This document shows positions 10,176 to 19,465 of a stretch of 40,032 bases of DNA, one piece after another. The DNA is taken from positions 1-40,032 of the IMG/VR virus record IMGVR_UViG_3300045526_000085. One strand, given 5' to 3'. How positions within the stretch are numbered: the stretch's first letter is position 1; every line of letters starts with the position of its first letter. The position numbers and the translations under genes are program-made. The stretch is from a virus. Lineage: Duplodnaviria; Caudoviricetes. The notes under the pieces are model-generated. The model did no database searches. It was given only the letters and a program-made list of their open reading frames with translations, and was not told the origin of the DNA.

Positions 10176-12824
10176 CTACACCACCAAGAATGGAATCGGG
10201 CGGGTAAAGGAGTCCGTTCTGAAGTTGCCAACCAAGTTAGCGGGCAGCGCCGTAAGACCTCCGAAGTTAGTTCGGCCAACCGTGGTTGCTATGCCAATAG
10301 AAGTAAACTCAACGTGCCACGGATACCCCAATCCTGGGCTGTTGCTTGTAGGCCCCCAGAAGTTCGGCGTAGCTGCATTGCTGATTGCAAGAAACGCCAG
10401 CCAATAGAAACCGGGTTGCAGTGTCTGACTGAATCCTGCAGGGCCGTAATTGGAGTTGATAGCTCCAGTGAATGTCAGATCGCCGGAGGTGTAAACCAGA
10501 TTGTTTGGGCCATTGGTTGCCTTGTTGTGATCGTAAATGCCAAGCTGAATGGTGCTGGTTCCTGAATAGTTGCTCCAGGTTCGCGTGACCAGTCCGGAGA
10601 ATGTTGTCGCTTCTGGGATGTAGATACTGGCCAAATTCGGCAGGCCGACAACTGGCGTAGACGAAACTGCTCCATCTCTGTATGTTGGCGGCGCAATCAG
10701 ATTGCCTGTTGTGTAGCCAGGATTGACAACGGTGCCGCCACCTCCAGCAGGAGCAGCCCATGTACCGTCAGCGCGGAGGAAGTTAGTGGTGCCGCCGCCA
10801 CTGCTAGGAGCTAAGCCGGCCTGGGTGCTAGTGAACAGCGGGAGGGTGGCATCAGTGCCCGTGGAGCTGGCGATAACGCGAGTGCCAGCGTCGTAGCTGA
10901 GGTCAGTTGTTCCGCTCGGAACATCAGCCCAAGCGGCGTCGTAATCAGTGCCACTACTTTTGATCAGCGCTTGACCAGCCGTGCCGCCAGTGGGCAAACC
11001 ACGATCACCGGTTGCCACGGTGCCGCTGGTGGTGCCGGTGTTCAGCGTGGCGCTGTTGCCGAGCCCTAGCGTCGTGCGCTGTGCGGCTGCATCCGCATCA
11101 TCGAGCAGTGCCCGACCCGCTGCGGTGCAGGTGATCTCCTCGACAGCACCAGCGCCGGCGGTGCTCCGCCCGAGCAACTTGTCAGTGGCGCTTACATCTT
11201 GAATCTTGGCGTAGCTGACGGCGCTGTTGTCAATCGTCCATGTCGCGCCACCGCCGGATACGGTGATGTCGCCCTTGTCGCCGTCCGAAACACCAGCGCC
11301 GCCGGATGCGTCCAGTGTGGTGCCGGTGATGGTGAGATTGGCGCCGAGCGTTAAGTGCGTCAGCTTGCCGGCGCTGTCATCCCAGAAGATGAGGCGATCA
11401 GCGCCAGGGTCATCTGCTGTCAGCTGTTGCCCGGTCAGTCCGAGCACATCAGCCACGCTGGCGGCCAGTGTTACGGCGTCGTGGAATCGCGCATCATTGC
11501 CGGCGGCCACAGTGCCGGCAGTGATACCGACATTCAGCGCAGCAGCAGTGCCCAGCGTGGGCTTGTTCAGGATCTGCGCGTCGCCGCTGGCTGCATTCCA
11601 GTCTGCGTTGACGTTGACCTCGGCGCCAGCGGCAATACCAGCAAGCTTTGATGCTTCAGTGCTGGTATAGCCCTGATACCCGGCGGCATAGCTGATTGCA
11701 AGCGTGCCACTGGTTGTGATCGGCGAACCAGAAACGCTGAAGCCGACTGGGGCGGTCAACGCGACGCTGGTTACCGTGCCGGAGCCACCAGAACCCCCGG
11801 GGGGTTCGGCCCACGTCCCATCGGCACGCAGGAAGTTCGTTGTGCCGCCGCCACTTGCGCCAACAAGGCCCGCAGCCGAGCTCGTAAACAGCGGCAGTGT
11901 TACATCGCTACCCGTAGAGCTGCTCAGCAAGCGGGAAGCGGCGCTGTAAGCCAAGTCCGTAGCGACGTTGACTTGTGCTCCGGCTTCAATGCCAGCCAGC
12001 TTTGAGGCTTCTGCAGACGTGAAGCCTTGATAGCCAGTCGCGTAGCTCAGCGCGATGGTGCCGCTAGTGGTGATCGGCGAGCCACTGACGCTGAACCCAG
12101 TTGGCGCCGTGAAGCTGACGCTGGTTACCGTGCCGCCACCGCCGCCTGGAGATGCGGCATTGATCCACTGGCCAGTAGCTCCGTCGTACTTGAGCACCTG
12201 CTGATCGGCTGGAGAGCTGAGCGTCACATCGCTCAGGCCATCCAGCGCCGTAACTAGCGTCGGCTTCCCGCTGAGGTCGTTGTAGGCGCCACTGGTCGCA
12301 ACGGTCGCCAGGCTGGTCTCCAGCGCATAGCCAGGGTGTGGATCAACCGCTGCCTCGTGCGTGCTAATGGCGCTCGATGCGGTCCCCGTTGCGTCGGCGC
12401 CCACATCTGCTGCGCTCGGCATTGCGTGGACGTGATCTTCGCGGGCATAGTCAGCGCTCACGCCGATTGCAGTAACACCAAGCGGCTGCGGTGTTGCATC
12501 AGCGGCGCTCGGTACCGTCGGCGTACCGCTCAGGTCGCTATAGGCGCCGGTGCTGGCGACCGTGGCCAACCCGAGCGTTGTGCGCTGTGCGGCTGCATCC
12601 GCATCATCGAGCAGTGCTTTGCCAGCCGTGGTGATGTCACCGCCAAGCTCAGTGGTACTGACGACACCAGCGTCAATGTTCCAGATTGTGCCGCCACCGC
12701 TAACGGTGATATCACCTTTATCGCCATCGGTGACGCCATCGCCGGATGTAGTGGCGAGATCATCCACGTTCACCGTTCTGGTGCTGGTGGTGATCGTGTC
12801 AATTTTGATGTTTCCGTATGCCAT
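10176..12824 (-). CDS. tail fibre / virion fibre protein with duplicated modules
   Basis: 882 aa Gly/Thr/Ala/Ser-rich; two copies each of DGDKGDITVSGGG, ALLDDADAAAQRTTLGL, GFSVSGSPITTSGT and GGGTTNFLRADGTWA. Confidence 0.75.
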   Translation of the reverse strand: MAYGNIKIDTITTSTRTVNVDDLATTSGDGVTDGDKGDITVSGGGTIWNIDAGVVSTTELGGDITTAGKALLDDADAAAQRTTLGLATVASTGAYSDLSGTPTVPSAADATPQPLGVTAIGVSADYAREDHVHAMPSAADVGADATGTASSAISTHEAAVDPHPGYALETSLATVATSGAYNDLSGKPTLVTALDGLSDVTLSSPADQQVLKYDGATGQWINAASPGGGGGTVTSVSFTAPTGFSVSGSPITTSGTIALSYATGYQGFTSAEASKLAGIEAGAQVNVATDLAYSAASRLLSSSTGSDVTLPLFTSSAAGLVGASGGGTTNFLRADGTWAEPPGGSGGSGTVTSVALTAPVGFSVSGSPITTSGTLAISYAAGYQGYTSTEASKLAGIAAGAEVNVNADWNAASGDAQILNKPTLGTAAALNVGITAGTVAAGNDARFHDAVTLAASVADVLGLTGQQLTADDPGADRLIFWDDSAGKLTHLTLGANLTITGTTLDASGGAGVSDGDKGDITVSGGGATWTIDNSAVSYAKIQDVSATDKLLGRSTAGAGAVEEITCTAAGRALLDDADAAAQRTTLGLGNSATLNTGTTSGTVATGDRGLPTGGTAGQALIKSSGTDYDAAWADVPSGTTDLSYDAGTRVIASSTGTDATLPLFTSTQAGLAPSSGGGTTNFLRADGTWAAPAGGGGTVVNPGYTTGNLIAPPTYRDGAVSSTPVVGLPNLASIYIPEATTFSGLVTRTWSNYSGTSTIQLGIYDHNKATNGPNNLVYTSGDLTFTGAINSNYGPAGFSQTLQPGFYWLAFLAISNAATPNFWGPTSNSPGLGYPWHVEFTSIGIATTVGRTNFGGLTALPANLVGNFRTDSFTRPIPFLVV

Positions 12825-12829
12825 GCGTG

Positions 12830-13810
12830 TTAATCAGCAATGAGCCAAACTGCGCCGGCTGGAACAGTAACAGTGTAGCCAGCGGCCACTTCTACAGGGC
12901 TCACTGACATCCCATTCTTGCCGGTAGCGATGGTGTAATTACTGGCGATGACTTGCTTGGTTTCGGTGATGTCAGTCGCGACGCCTCCGCTGCCGCCTGT
13001 TGGTGCTGCAGCCTCCCATCGGCCAGCAGCTGCAACCCAGGTCAGTACATCACCGTCAGACTTGCCGCCATTGGCCTCGACATCATGCAGATCCTGCAGC
13101 CGGCGGCCAGTGTCCCAGCGGACAAAGATCGTGCCATTGTTGGCGCTGCTGATCACTGCAGCGACAGGCAGCTTCAAGTTGGGCGCCTGCGGTTCTGTTG
13201 CAGTGAACCCACCCGGCACGGCTGGATTGCACCACAGGATGGCACCTTCGGCATAGCTGCTGGTATTGATGCCGCGGATCTTGCCGAACACTGACACGTA
13301 GCCATCGCCGGCGCCGAGGATCGGCTGATCGGTCACGCCGAAGAACACATAACCCGGCTGGCTGCCATTGGCCACCATCGGCGCCACTTTGATACGACCA
13401 CTGGCGCCAAGTGTTCCCGCGAACATCACCGCCGTGCCCTTTGGAATCGTGACGGTATTGCTGGCATTACGGCACAGCACCATCGTCTCTTGGCCGATGT
13501 AGTTGCTGATGCCGCCTTTGCCAAGCTCCAGCGTGCCCTCATCGGCATTCCAGACCACTTGGCCGTTACTGGGTTCAATGCCTGCGGTCAGATCAAACTG
13601 CAGCGCATCAACTTCAGGTCGCGCGGTCCATTCGCTGTGGTAGTCAGTACCACTGGACTTGACCAGTAGATCCTTTGGGTTGCCGCCCGGTGGTACACCA
13701 GCTTGGTTGACTTCAACCGCCGTTGCGCTGACAGTTGGCACTACCGTGGTAGCACCTTGCTCGGTGATTGATACCGTGGCCTGTGTTTCGGTGACGGTAA
13801 CGATCGTCAT
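12830..13810 (-). CDS. virion structural / fibre-associated protein
   Basis: 326 aa; GG..KDLLVKSSGTDY..EW and LQDLHDV......DGDVLTW fibre-type motifs. Confidence 0.6.
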   Translation of the reverse strand: MTIVTVTETQATVSITEQGATTVVPTVSATAVEVNQAGVPPGGNPKDLLVKSSGTDYHSEWTARPEVDALQFDLTAGIEPSNGQVVWNADEGTLELGKGGISNYIGQETMVLCRNASNTVTIPKGTAVMFAGTLGASGRIKVAPMVANGSQPGYVFFGVTDQPILGAGDGYVSVFGKIRGINTSSYAEGAILWCNPAVPGGFTATEPQAPNLKLPVAAVISSANNGTIFVRWDTGRRLQDLHDVEANGGKSDGDVLTWVAAAGRWEAAAPTGGSGGVATDITETKQVIASNYTIATGKNGMSVSPVEVAAGYTVTVPAGAVWLIAD

Positions 13811-14148
13811 GGTGCGGTGTAACCCTCAGACACGTAGCCGATGCCCTCTAGGTAGTAATTACGCAGCCCGGCAGCATTCTCAAGGAGCACGTCGTAATAC
13901 ACCTCATTCGGGAATGTAGCGGTCTGCGTATCCGTTAGCGCGATCTTGATCTGACCAGTTGCGCGGTCGATATAGGTAACCGCAAAGTCCGCGTACTTGG
14001 TCGTGCGGCCGCGATCCCACACTTGTGCATAGGCAGTCCAGCCAGTGAGATCAATGCCAACACCGGCAGCATCCTTGAACTGCAGCTGCAGGTCATAGTC
14101 AGCCCTGCGCTGCAGTGAGATGTTGTGCTGGCCGGGTTGAACGCTCAT
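13807..14148 (-). CDS. conserved virion protein (BppU N-terminal-like adaptor)
   Basis: IDLTGWTAYAQVW...GQIKIALTDTQT...YYDVLL...YYLEG pattern typical of fibre-adjacent Ig-like adaptors. Confidence 0.6.
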   Translation of the reverse strand: MSVQPGQHNISLQRRADYDLQLQFKDAAGVGIDLTGWTAYAQVWDRGRTTKYADFAVTYIDRATGQIKIALTDTQTATFPNEVYYDVLLENAAGLRNYYLEGIGYVSEGYTAP

Positions 14149-14378
14149 CAGATCTTGTACGCAACAACTTTGCCGCTGGTCAGTGTCACACTGGTAAATA
14201 CACCTTTGATCTCATCGCCAGCTTTCAGCGGTACAGCGGCGAAGGTATTGCCAGTTTGGTTCTCGATCACAGCACTGGCGATCACGCTATCTTCCAGCGC
14301 ATAGATCTCATGAAACCGGCCAGTGTGCGCCACGGTGTCACTGATGTACTCAAACCCGATGGCATAAGCGCGGTCCAT
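14148..14378 (-). CDS. small virion-associated hypothetical protein
   Basis: 76 aa beta-rich ORF ending GVFTSVTLTSGKVVAYKI, coupled to its neighbours. Confidence 0.6.
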   Translation of the reverse strand: MDRAYAIGFEYISDTVAHTGRFHEIYALEDSVIASAVIENQTGNTFAAVPLKAGDEIKGVFTSVTLTSGKVVAYKI

Positions 14379-14380
14379 GA

Positions 14381-14947
14381 TCAGCTCCTACGGATTGCAA
14401 AGTTCCCCGGTCCACTTATTCTAAGACCGGTCAGATAGCGCTCAAAAATCGGCGGCACACGATCGGCGCCGGTTGCCATGCTGCTGGCACCGGCGGTCTC
14501 AATTGACAGGCTGCCGATCTTGACGCTCTTGTAGTCCTCGATTCCGCTGAGACCCAATCCTTCGCGGTTGTTGTTCAGGTACACCGCCAGCACGCACTGC
14601 GCGTACTGAATGCGATCAGGAATCTCGGTGTCGGTGTAGTAGTCGGTGGTGATCCGAAATGGGAAGCCGACCGCGTAGGTGTTGATGTACGTGTCTGGCT
14701 TGCGTACACCAGTGCGCGGCCACTGCAGCGATTGCGTATCAGTGGCGCGTGCACCAAGGAACCGCTCACGGTCTAGCCGTTGCGTGGCGCTTGCTAGTGC
14801 GCGGTTCTTTTCATCAGTGGTTGCTGATGCCCATGCCAGAACATCAGCATCCTGCACAAAGCCATCAATGATGGCTTCCGCTTCATTCAGCGTCAGGTAG
14901 GAGTTTGCGTCGGCCGCGCCTGGCGTGGCCACGATCGTGATCGCCAT
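14381..14947 (-). CDS. head-tail connector / adaptor (DnaT-like annotated family)
   Basis: ANSYLTLNEAEA...W...KNRAL..AT..LD...F.G......Q.LQWPR and IPDRIQYAQC.LA motifs; follows the capsid cluster. Confidence 0.8.
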   Translation of the reverse strand: MAITIVATPGAADANSYLTLNEAEAIIDGFVQDADVLAWASATTDEKNRALASATQRLDRERFLGARATDTQSLQWPRTGVRKPDTYINTYAVGFPFRITTDYYTDTEIPDRIQYAQCVLAVYLNNNREGLGLSGIEDYKSVKIGSLSIETAGASSMATGADRVPPIFERYLTGLRISGPGNFAIRRS

Positions 14948-15062
14948 CGGCGAGGTCCGGTTGATTCAGTGTAGTTGGCTCTGCATCTGTTGAAAAAGAG
15001 GCTGCCGCCTTAGCAGCAGCAGCCTGTTGTTCACGCAGTCGCCGGAAGGCGAGCATCCCCAT
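14883..15062 (-). CDS. small hypothetical protein (59 aa)
   Basis: MGMLAFRRLREQQAAAAKAAASFS...; start overlaps the preceding stop (TGATG); below the ORF-track size cutoff. Confidence 0.45.
   Translation of the reverse strand: MGMLAFRRLREQQAAAAKAAASFSTDAEPTTLNQPDLADGDHDRGHARRGRRKLLPDAE
14993..15025 (-). terminator. intrinsic terminator / attenuator after capsid genes
   Basis: Minus strand AGGCTGCTGCT-GCTAA-GGCGGCAGCCT followed by CTTTTT. Confidence 0.65.
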
Positions 15063-15463
15063 CAGATCCGCTTCAGCAGCACGGTAACGATCACACCAGC
15101 CAGTGCGGTGGTGGTGCCGGTCACATCCAGCGACAGCCGATCGCCAGGCTCAAGGATGAGGTTGGCGGTGGTGCTGGTCAGGGCAGGAGTTTGCTCAGTC
15201 AGAGCAGTGCCCTTGAAGTTGATCTTGGTGGTGCCCAGCAGGTCATCGCCTGCAGTGGCAGCTTCAGTGCCCTGGCAGCGGCGGATGGTGCCAGTCACGG
15301 CGCCAGCATCAGTGCCGGCAGTGGCGTGCACCTCACGGACGGCGACCACTTCGCACTTCACCGGAGCAGTGAAGAACTGCAGGTCAGCCACAGAGGATGC
15401 GATGTACTGATCAGCAACGATGTACTGCTCAGTGCTGAGTTCAAACTGGGAAGGTTGTGCCAT
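15062..15463 (-). CDS. capsid decoration / cement-like protein
   Basis: 133 aa Thr/Ala/Gly-rich beta protein immediately after the major capsid gene. Confidence 0.55.
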   Translation of the reverse strand: MAQPSQFELSTEQYIVADQYIASSVADLQFFTAPVKCEVVAVREVHATAGTDAGAVTGTIRRCQGTEAATAGDDLLGTTKINFKGTALTEQTPALTSTTANLILEPGDRLSLDVTGTTTALAGVIVTVLLKRI

Positions 15464-15474
15464 CGTTAAGTACC

Positions 15475-16485
15475 TCAGAAGTTGGAAGTAACCGTGCCGC
15501 GCACGATTCCAATGTTTTTGTTCTGATAGACCTTGCTCCAGTTGCCGACAGTAGCCAGCGTGGCGCGATCAGGGTTAGCGGTGGAGCTAGTCCAGCGTGC
15601 GCCGACCGGGTGGTAGCAGTAGTGCAGGTCGATCGACATGGCATCGCTCTTGGCGAGGATGTCACGGTCAGTTTCGGTCTGCATCATCAGCTGTTCACCC
15701 GAGGCGATAGCACCTTGAGTGAAGAAATAGACCGGGTAGTTGGTGCTGGTGGGTGCTAGATCATCCGACACGATTACGCGGAGGCCCATGTAGGTGGGCA
15801 CAGTCACGTCGCCGTAAGCAGCAGCCACGCTGCCGCCGAAGGCATCAGGCATTGCGGTGTCAGCAGTGACGCGAACGTCAGCGGCGGACACGTAATCAAT
15901 GGCCTTGCGCTCCACGAGGTCGTAGAACACAGCGCTGTGCATACACACGGCAGTCAGCTTGTCGCCTTGATCACCCAGCAGGCTGCGAGCCTTGGCCACC
16001 TGACGGGGGCCGAGGCTGGTGGCACCGGAGGTGTCGAAGCGCAGTGCATCAAAGGCAGGGCTGTCGCCGCCAGTGAGAGCGCCGAAGCAACCCTCAAGGC
16101 ATTTGATCAGATCCTTCTGCCGTTGGTTGGCGACGTATTCAGCCACCTTGGCGCCGATGGCTGCCATAGGGTCAGCGCCAGCAGCAAGGGCGGCGAGGTC
16201 GCGCGATTCAAACGCACGGCCACGGTGCAGGATGACGCCCACTTGCTTATCGGCTTCAATCTTGCCGGGTGTCAGCGAGGCGCTGTCAGACAGCACTTCA
16301 AAGTCACCGCCGAGATTGGCCTTCCAGAAAGGCACGTTGACGAAATCACCGCCTTCGGTGGCGTTGAGTTCAGCCATAGGCTGCACCACACCGGAAGCCA
16401 GGAAGGCATCGCGCTGGGTGCTGGCTTCAATGACGTACGGGGTAAAAATTTCGGGGACAATGATGTCCGATCGAAGAGTTGCCAT
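15475..16485 (-). CDS. major capsid protein
   Basis: MATLRSDIIVPEIFTPYV...GGDFVNVPFW...DLAALAAGADPMAAIG...ETDRDILA motif set of an HK97-fold coat family; follows the scaffold. Confidence 0.95.
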   Translation of the reverse strand: MATLRSDIIVPEIFTPYVIEASTQRDAFLASGVVQPMAELNATEGGDFVNVPFWKANLGGDFEVLSDSASLTPGKIEADKQVGVILHRGRAFESRDLAALAAGADPMAAIGAKVAEYVANQRQKDLIKCLEGCFGALTGGDSPAFDALRFDTSGATSLGPRQVAKARSLLGDQGDKLTAVCMHSAVFYDLVERKAIDYVSAADVRVTADTAMPDAFGGSVAAAYGDVTVPTYMGLRVIVSDDLAPTSTNYPVYFFTQGAIASGEQLMMQTETDRDILAKSDAMSIDLHYCYHPVGARWTSSTANPDRATLATVGNWSKVYQNKNIGIVRGTVTSNF

Positions 16486-16512
16486 GATGGCCCTCAGTAG
16501 TTGTTGTTAGCG

Positions 16513-16547
16513 ATGGGCGCAGCCCGTATTACACCAGCGCAGCCGGT
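16513..16547 (-). promoter_or_regulatory. two tandem C(UGC)G-loop hairpins in the capsid leader
   Basis: Minus strand ACCGG-CTGCG-CTGGT and GGG-CTGCG-CCC. Confidence 0.55.
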
Positions 16548-16550
16548 TAG

Positions 16551-17249
16551 CTACAGCTTAGCAGCTGCTTTTAGGCGGTCGTACAGATCACGATCCGTGC
16601 GATAGAGCCTGGATTGTTCAGTCAGGTTGAACGTTTCCTTGGCGAAGGGGTTCTTGATGCCGGGCGGGATGTCGCTCACTGCGTTCGCGCCGATCGGTGC
16701 ACCGGACCCTTGCGGCTTGGGTTGCTTCTGCATCCATGCCGGCAGCGTTGCCTTAGCCCACTCGGTGACTGGTGTGCGCTGGTAGCCGTTGACCACCACC
16801 ACGGTGCCGTCAGGGTCGCGCTCAATCTGGTTACTGTCCAGTTTGGTCTTCAGCACCAGGTCAGGATCATGCACGATGTCCGCCAGTGCGGAGACGGCAG
16901 GCGTCAGCAGCTCCAGTTCGCGGATGCGTGCTTCAAGTTCAGTGATGCGCTGGTCCTTTTGCGCCGTCGCCTCACGGAACTGCTGCTCCAGAGCTTGCCG
17001 CGCTTCGGTGTATTTACCTTGTGATTCAAGTTCAGCTTGCTCAGCGCGACGCTTGAATTCAAGGAGTTCATTGATGTCAACACCATCGGGCACGGTTGGT
17101 TGCTTCTTGGCAGCACGCAACTCGCTGATCAGTTCTTTGTTCTTGCGCTCCAGCGCTTCCACACTGCGCTGCAGTGCTTCCGTATCAACCGCAGGCGGTG
17201 TTGCTACCGGAGCCGCAGGCTCAGTGGTAGCTTGGTTTTCTTCAGACAT
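16551..17249 (-). CDS. capsid scaffolding protein
   Basis: 232 aa coiled coil, E/K/Q-rich; C-terminal KNPFAKETFNLTEQSRLYRTD; directly upstream of the capsid gene. Confidence 0.85.
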   Translation of the reverse strand: MSEENQATTEPAAPVATPPAVDTEALQRSVEALERKNKELISELRAAKKQPTVPDGVDINELLEFKRRAEQAELESQGKYTEARQALEQQFREATAQKDQRITELEARIRELELLTPAVSALADIVHDPDLVLKTKLDSNQIERDPDGTVVVVNGYQRTPVTEWAKATLPAWMQKQPKPQGSGAPIGANAVSDIPPGIKNPFAKETFNLTEQSRLYRTDRDLYDRLKAAAKL

Positions 17250-17267
17250 GAATAACCCGCAGGGTTA
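17203..17267 (-). promoter_or_regulatory. two C(UGC)G-loop hairpins flanking the scaffold start codon
   Basis: TAACC-CTGCG-GGTTA 4-18 nt upstream of the ATG; GCTACC-ACT-GAGC-CTGCG-GCTC-C-GGTAGC in the early coding region. Confidence 0.6.
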
Positions 17268-17290
17268 AGTGCAACCCATGTTAGCAATAT

Positions 17291-17563
17291 CTACCATTTT
17301 GTTTTATCAGCCCAGTAGGCGGCAGACATCTTGCCCTTGGCGATATTGGTCTGGTGACGAGCCTTGAATGCAGCGCGGCGTGATTTGGCGGCTGCTGATT
17401 CGCCTTCACGCCTTGGGCTACCGCTGACGCCTTGCTGCCCGAAGCGGATCAGCCGCACCTTGTCGCCTTCCTTGGCGAGTACCGCGTGCGACTTGGTGGG
17501 ATGCTTCGGTGTTCGCTTTGGCTTGTTGTAGCCATCAAACTGCTCACCGCGATAGGTGATCAT
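17291..17563 (-). CDS. small basic conserved phage protein
   Basis: KPKRTPKHPTKSHAVLAKEGDKVRLIRFGQQG...FKARH...KMSAAYWADKTKW, a recognisable phage motif set. Confidence 0.75.
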   Translation of the reverse strand: MITYRGEQFDGYNKPKRTPKHPTKSHAVLAKEGDKVRLIRFGQQGVSGSPRREGESAAAKSRRAAFKARHQTNIAKGKMSAAYWADKTKW

Positions 17564-17769
17564 GACCGTAACTCCGACCGACGTTTGATCACCATGTTGC
17601 CGGTCGATTCAGATTTCACGCGCACGATTGGATCATCCGGTGTACCGACGCGGGTTACGATGCCGCCTGATGCAGTGCGAATCGTGGCGCGTTCTGAGCC
17701 GATGCCAACCACACGGCCATAGGTGCGGACACCTTGATACATCCAGCTGACGCGATCACCGCGTTTCAT
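17560..17769 (-). CDS. DUF2945 / HVA1 Tudor-like protein
   Basis: MKRGDRVSW.Y....TYG.V...VTRVGT.DDPIVRVKSESTG..VIKRRSEL; ATGA overlap. Confidence 0.6.
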   Translation of the reverse strand: MKRGDRVSWMYQGVRTYGRVVGIGSERATIRTASGGIVTRVGTPDDPIVRVKSESTGNMVIKRRSELRS

Positions 17770-17897
17770 TTAGCTTTCCTCTTCTTGCGTGACTTTCCGG
17801 CTTTTGCGTACGCGATTGCTGCTGCCTGCGCTGGGCTTTTGCCGGCCTTGATCTCGCGTCTGATGTTCTCCGAGATCACATCTCTCTTCAACGGCAT
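17766..17897 (-). CDS. small basic protein (43 aa)
   Basis: MPLKRDVISENIRREIKAGKSPAQAAAIAYAKAGKSRKKRKAK; stop overlaps the next ATG; resembles a common small head-module phage protein. Confidence 0.6.
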   Translation of the reverse strand: MPLKRDVISENIRREIKAGKSPAQAAAIAYAKAGKSRKKRKAK

Positions 17898-18066
17898 GGC
17901 GCCAATCCTCAACACCTGTCAACAGGCTACGGCCATCAGCGGTTGCCCAGCCCTTGTCGGTGTAACGCGCCGACACCCAGGTCTCACCGATGAGCGCCTC
18001 GACCGGATCGGAGGAGATGAAGTAGATCCCTTCGTTGCGAAAATGCCTAAGGCTCGGCAGGTCCAT
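17770..18066 (-). CDS. hypothetical protein
   Basis: Start overlaps the end of the head morphogenesis gene; N-terminal ~58 aa look globular, the C-terminus overlaps the 43-aa ORF. Confidence 0.5.
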   Translation of the reverse strand: MDLPSLRHFRNEGIYFISSDPVEALIGETWVSARYTDKGWATADGRSLLTGVEDWRHAVEERCDLGEHQTRDQGRQKPSAGSSNRVRKSRKVTQEEES

Positions 18067-19312
18067 ACCGCTTGCGTAGCTGCTCCAAGGTTAGTTCGGA
18101 CCCGTCATCACGCACCAGCTTTGCCATTGCGTCGCGGGCACCGTGCTTGCGTACCAGCTTCTGGAAGTACGGCACCTTACTGCCCAGTACATCACGCTGC
18201 ACATCGGCCGGCTGCTTGCTGAGCCACTCGCCGTAGCTGGTGTCTGCCGGCACCTGGCCCTTCATGCTGGCGCGTTTGCCGGGTGGTGGTGGGTTGAATC
18301 CGAGGCCTTCATAGTCGATAACTGGTACAGTCGTACTCCTGCACGCGAAATGCAGCGGCGGTGTTGGACCCTTGCCATATTCAAACTCTCGGCCATCATT
18401 AGCGCGGCAAATTGCGCTCGTGCGCGTGTCAAGCGTCGCCACGTATCTGTACTTCTTCGTTATATCCTGATTCGCCTCATACACCTGCTGACTTGCGGTG
18501 TTCGCCACTTGGTTGATACTGGTTCGCACCAGCGTCATCACCTGATGGTTGGCGACAGTGGTCAGCTCGCCGCCGGCTGCCTGGAGTTGGCGCACCGATA
18601 GCGGGCCATCCACAGATAGCCCCGCGGCACGCATCTGCCCGCGCGATAACGGGCCAACATCACCAAACCTCAGCGGTTCCTGGCTGCGCTCTAGGTTGCC
18701 CACTAGCCGCTTCGCGATCGACTGCGTGGTTTCACCCGTCAGCAGGCCATTCCGTACAGTCTGTGCAAAACGCTCCGCCTGCGCTTCGGCGATGCCGCGA
18801 AAGGCCTTTTCCACGATCTGCCCATTGGGCAGCGTGATCATCGTGCCTTGCGTTGCAGTGAGGCTGTAAGTCTGCGGTGCACCTTGCACTGCTGCGAACA
18901 GATCATCGCTCAGCGTCACCACATTGAGCTGCGTTGGGTCAGTGGTGACGACAGACTGCGCAAATTGCGGGCTGATCTCCACGGTGCGCACTGCATCGCG
19001 AGCGCCGGGTGGTAGTGCTTGCCGCAGTTGCTCGGTGACGAACTCCGACTGCAGTAGCGCCAGGCCTTGCAGTTCCTGCGCGGTCAGTTCTGTTGCATCA
19101 CCGGCCCATGCGGCGAGGCTGTCGCGCAGCTGCGCAAGGATTGCACGCAGCCGAGCAGCCTGCACCGGTGCTGATGCCTCATCAATCGTCTGCAGTTGGT
19201 TCACTGCGTCGATAATGATGTCGTTATAGGCATTGATCAACCGCCGCGCGACGCTGTTGCTGTAGCGGTTCAGGTCGATTGCATTGCGGTAGAGGCTGCT
19301 GGGTGTGCTCAC
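18047..19312 (-). CDS. minor head / head morphogenesis protein (SPP1 gp7 / Mu gpF family)
   Basis: TLVRTSINQVAN...YRYVATLDTRTSAICRANDG...PPLHFACRSTTVP signature. Confidence 0.92.
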   Translation of the reverse strand: MSTPSSLYRNAIDLNRYSNSVARRLINAYNDIIIDAVNQLQTIDEASAPVQAARLRAILAQLRDSLAAWAGDATELTAQELQGLALLQSEFVTEQLRQALPPGARDAVRTVEISPQFAQSVVTTDPTQLNVVTLSDDLFAAVQGAPQTYSLTATQGTMITLPNGQIVEKAFRGIAEAQAERFAQTVRNGLLTGETTQSIAKRLVGNLERSQEPLRFGDVGPLSRGQMRAAGLSVDGPLSVRQLQAAGGELTTVANHQVMTLVRTSINQVANTASQQVYEANQDITKKYRYVATLDTRTSAICRANDGREFEYGKGPTPPLHFACRSTTVPVIDYEGLGFNPPPPGKRASMKGQVPADTSYGEWLSKQPADVQRDVLGSKVPYFQKLVRKHGARDAMAKLVRDDGSELTLEQLRKRYGPAEP

Positions 19313-19440
19313 ATCACCCGGTTGATCACAGTGCGGACAGTGCCATCAGGCTTGACGGCGATCACCTTATGCAACTGCCGCTGGCCGGGCTTCGGCTTAA
19401 GCAGCCGGCCGACGGCAGTGGTGGGGGCTGGGGTGGTCAT
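19309..19440 (-). CDS. small hypothetical protein (43 aa)
   Basis: MTTPAPTTAVGRLLKPKPGQRQLHKVIAVKPDGTVRTVINRVM; GTGA overlap with the next gene; preceded by the TAAACTGA motif. Confidence 0.55.
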   Translation of the reverse strand: MTTPAPTTAVGRLLKPKPGQRQLHKVIAVKPDGTVRTVINRVM

Positions 19441-19465
19441 GAGCGAGGGTTGAGGGTGGTTCAGT

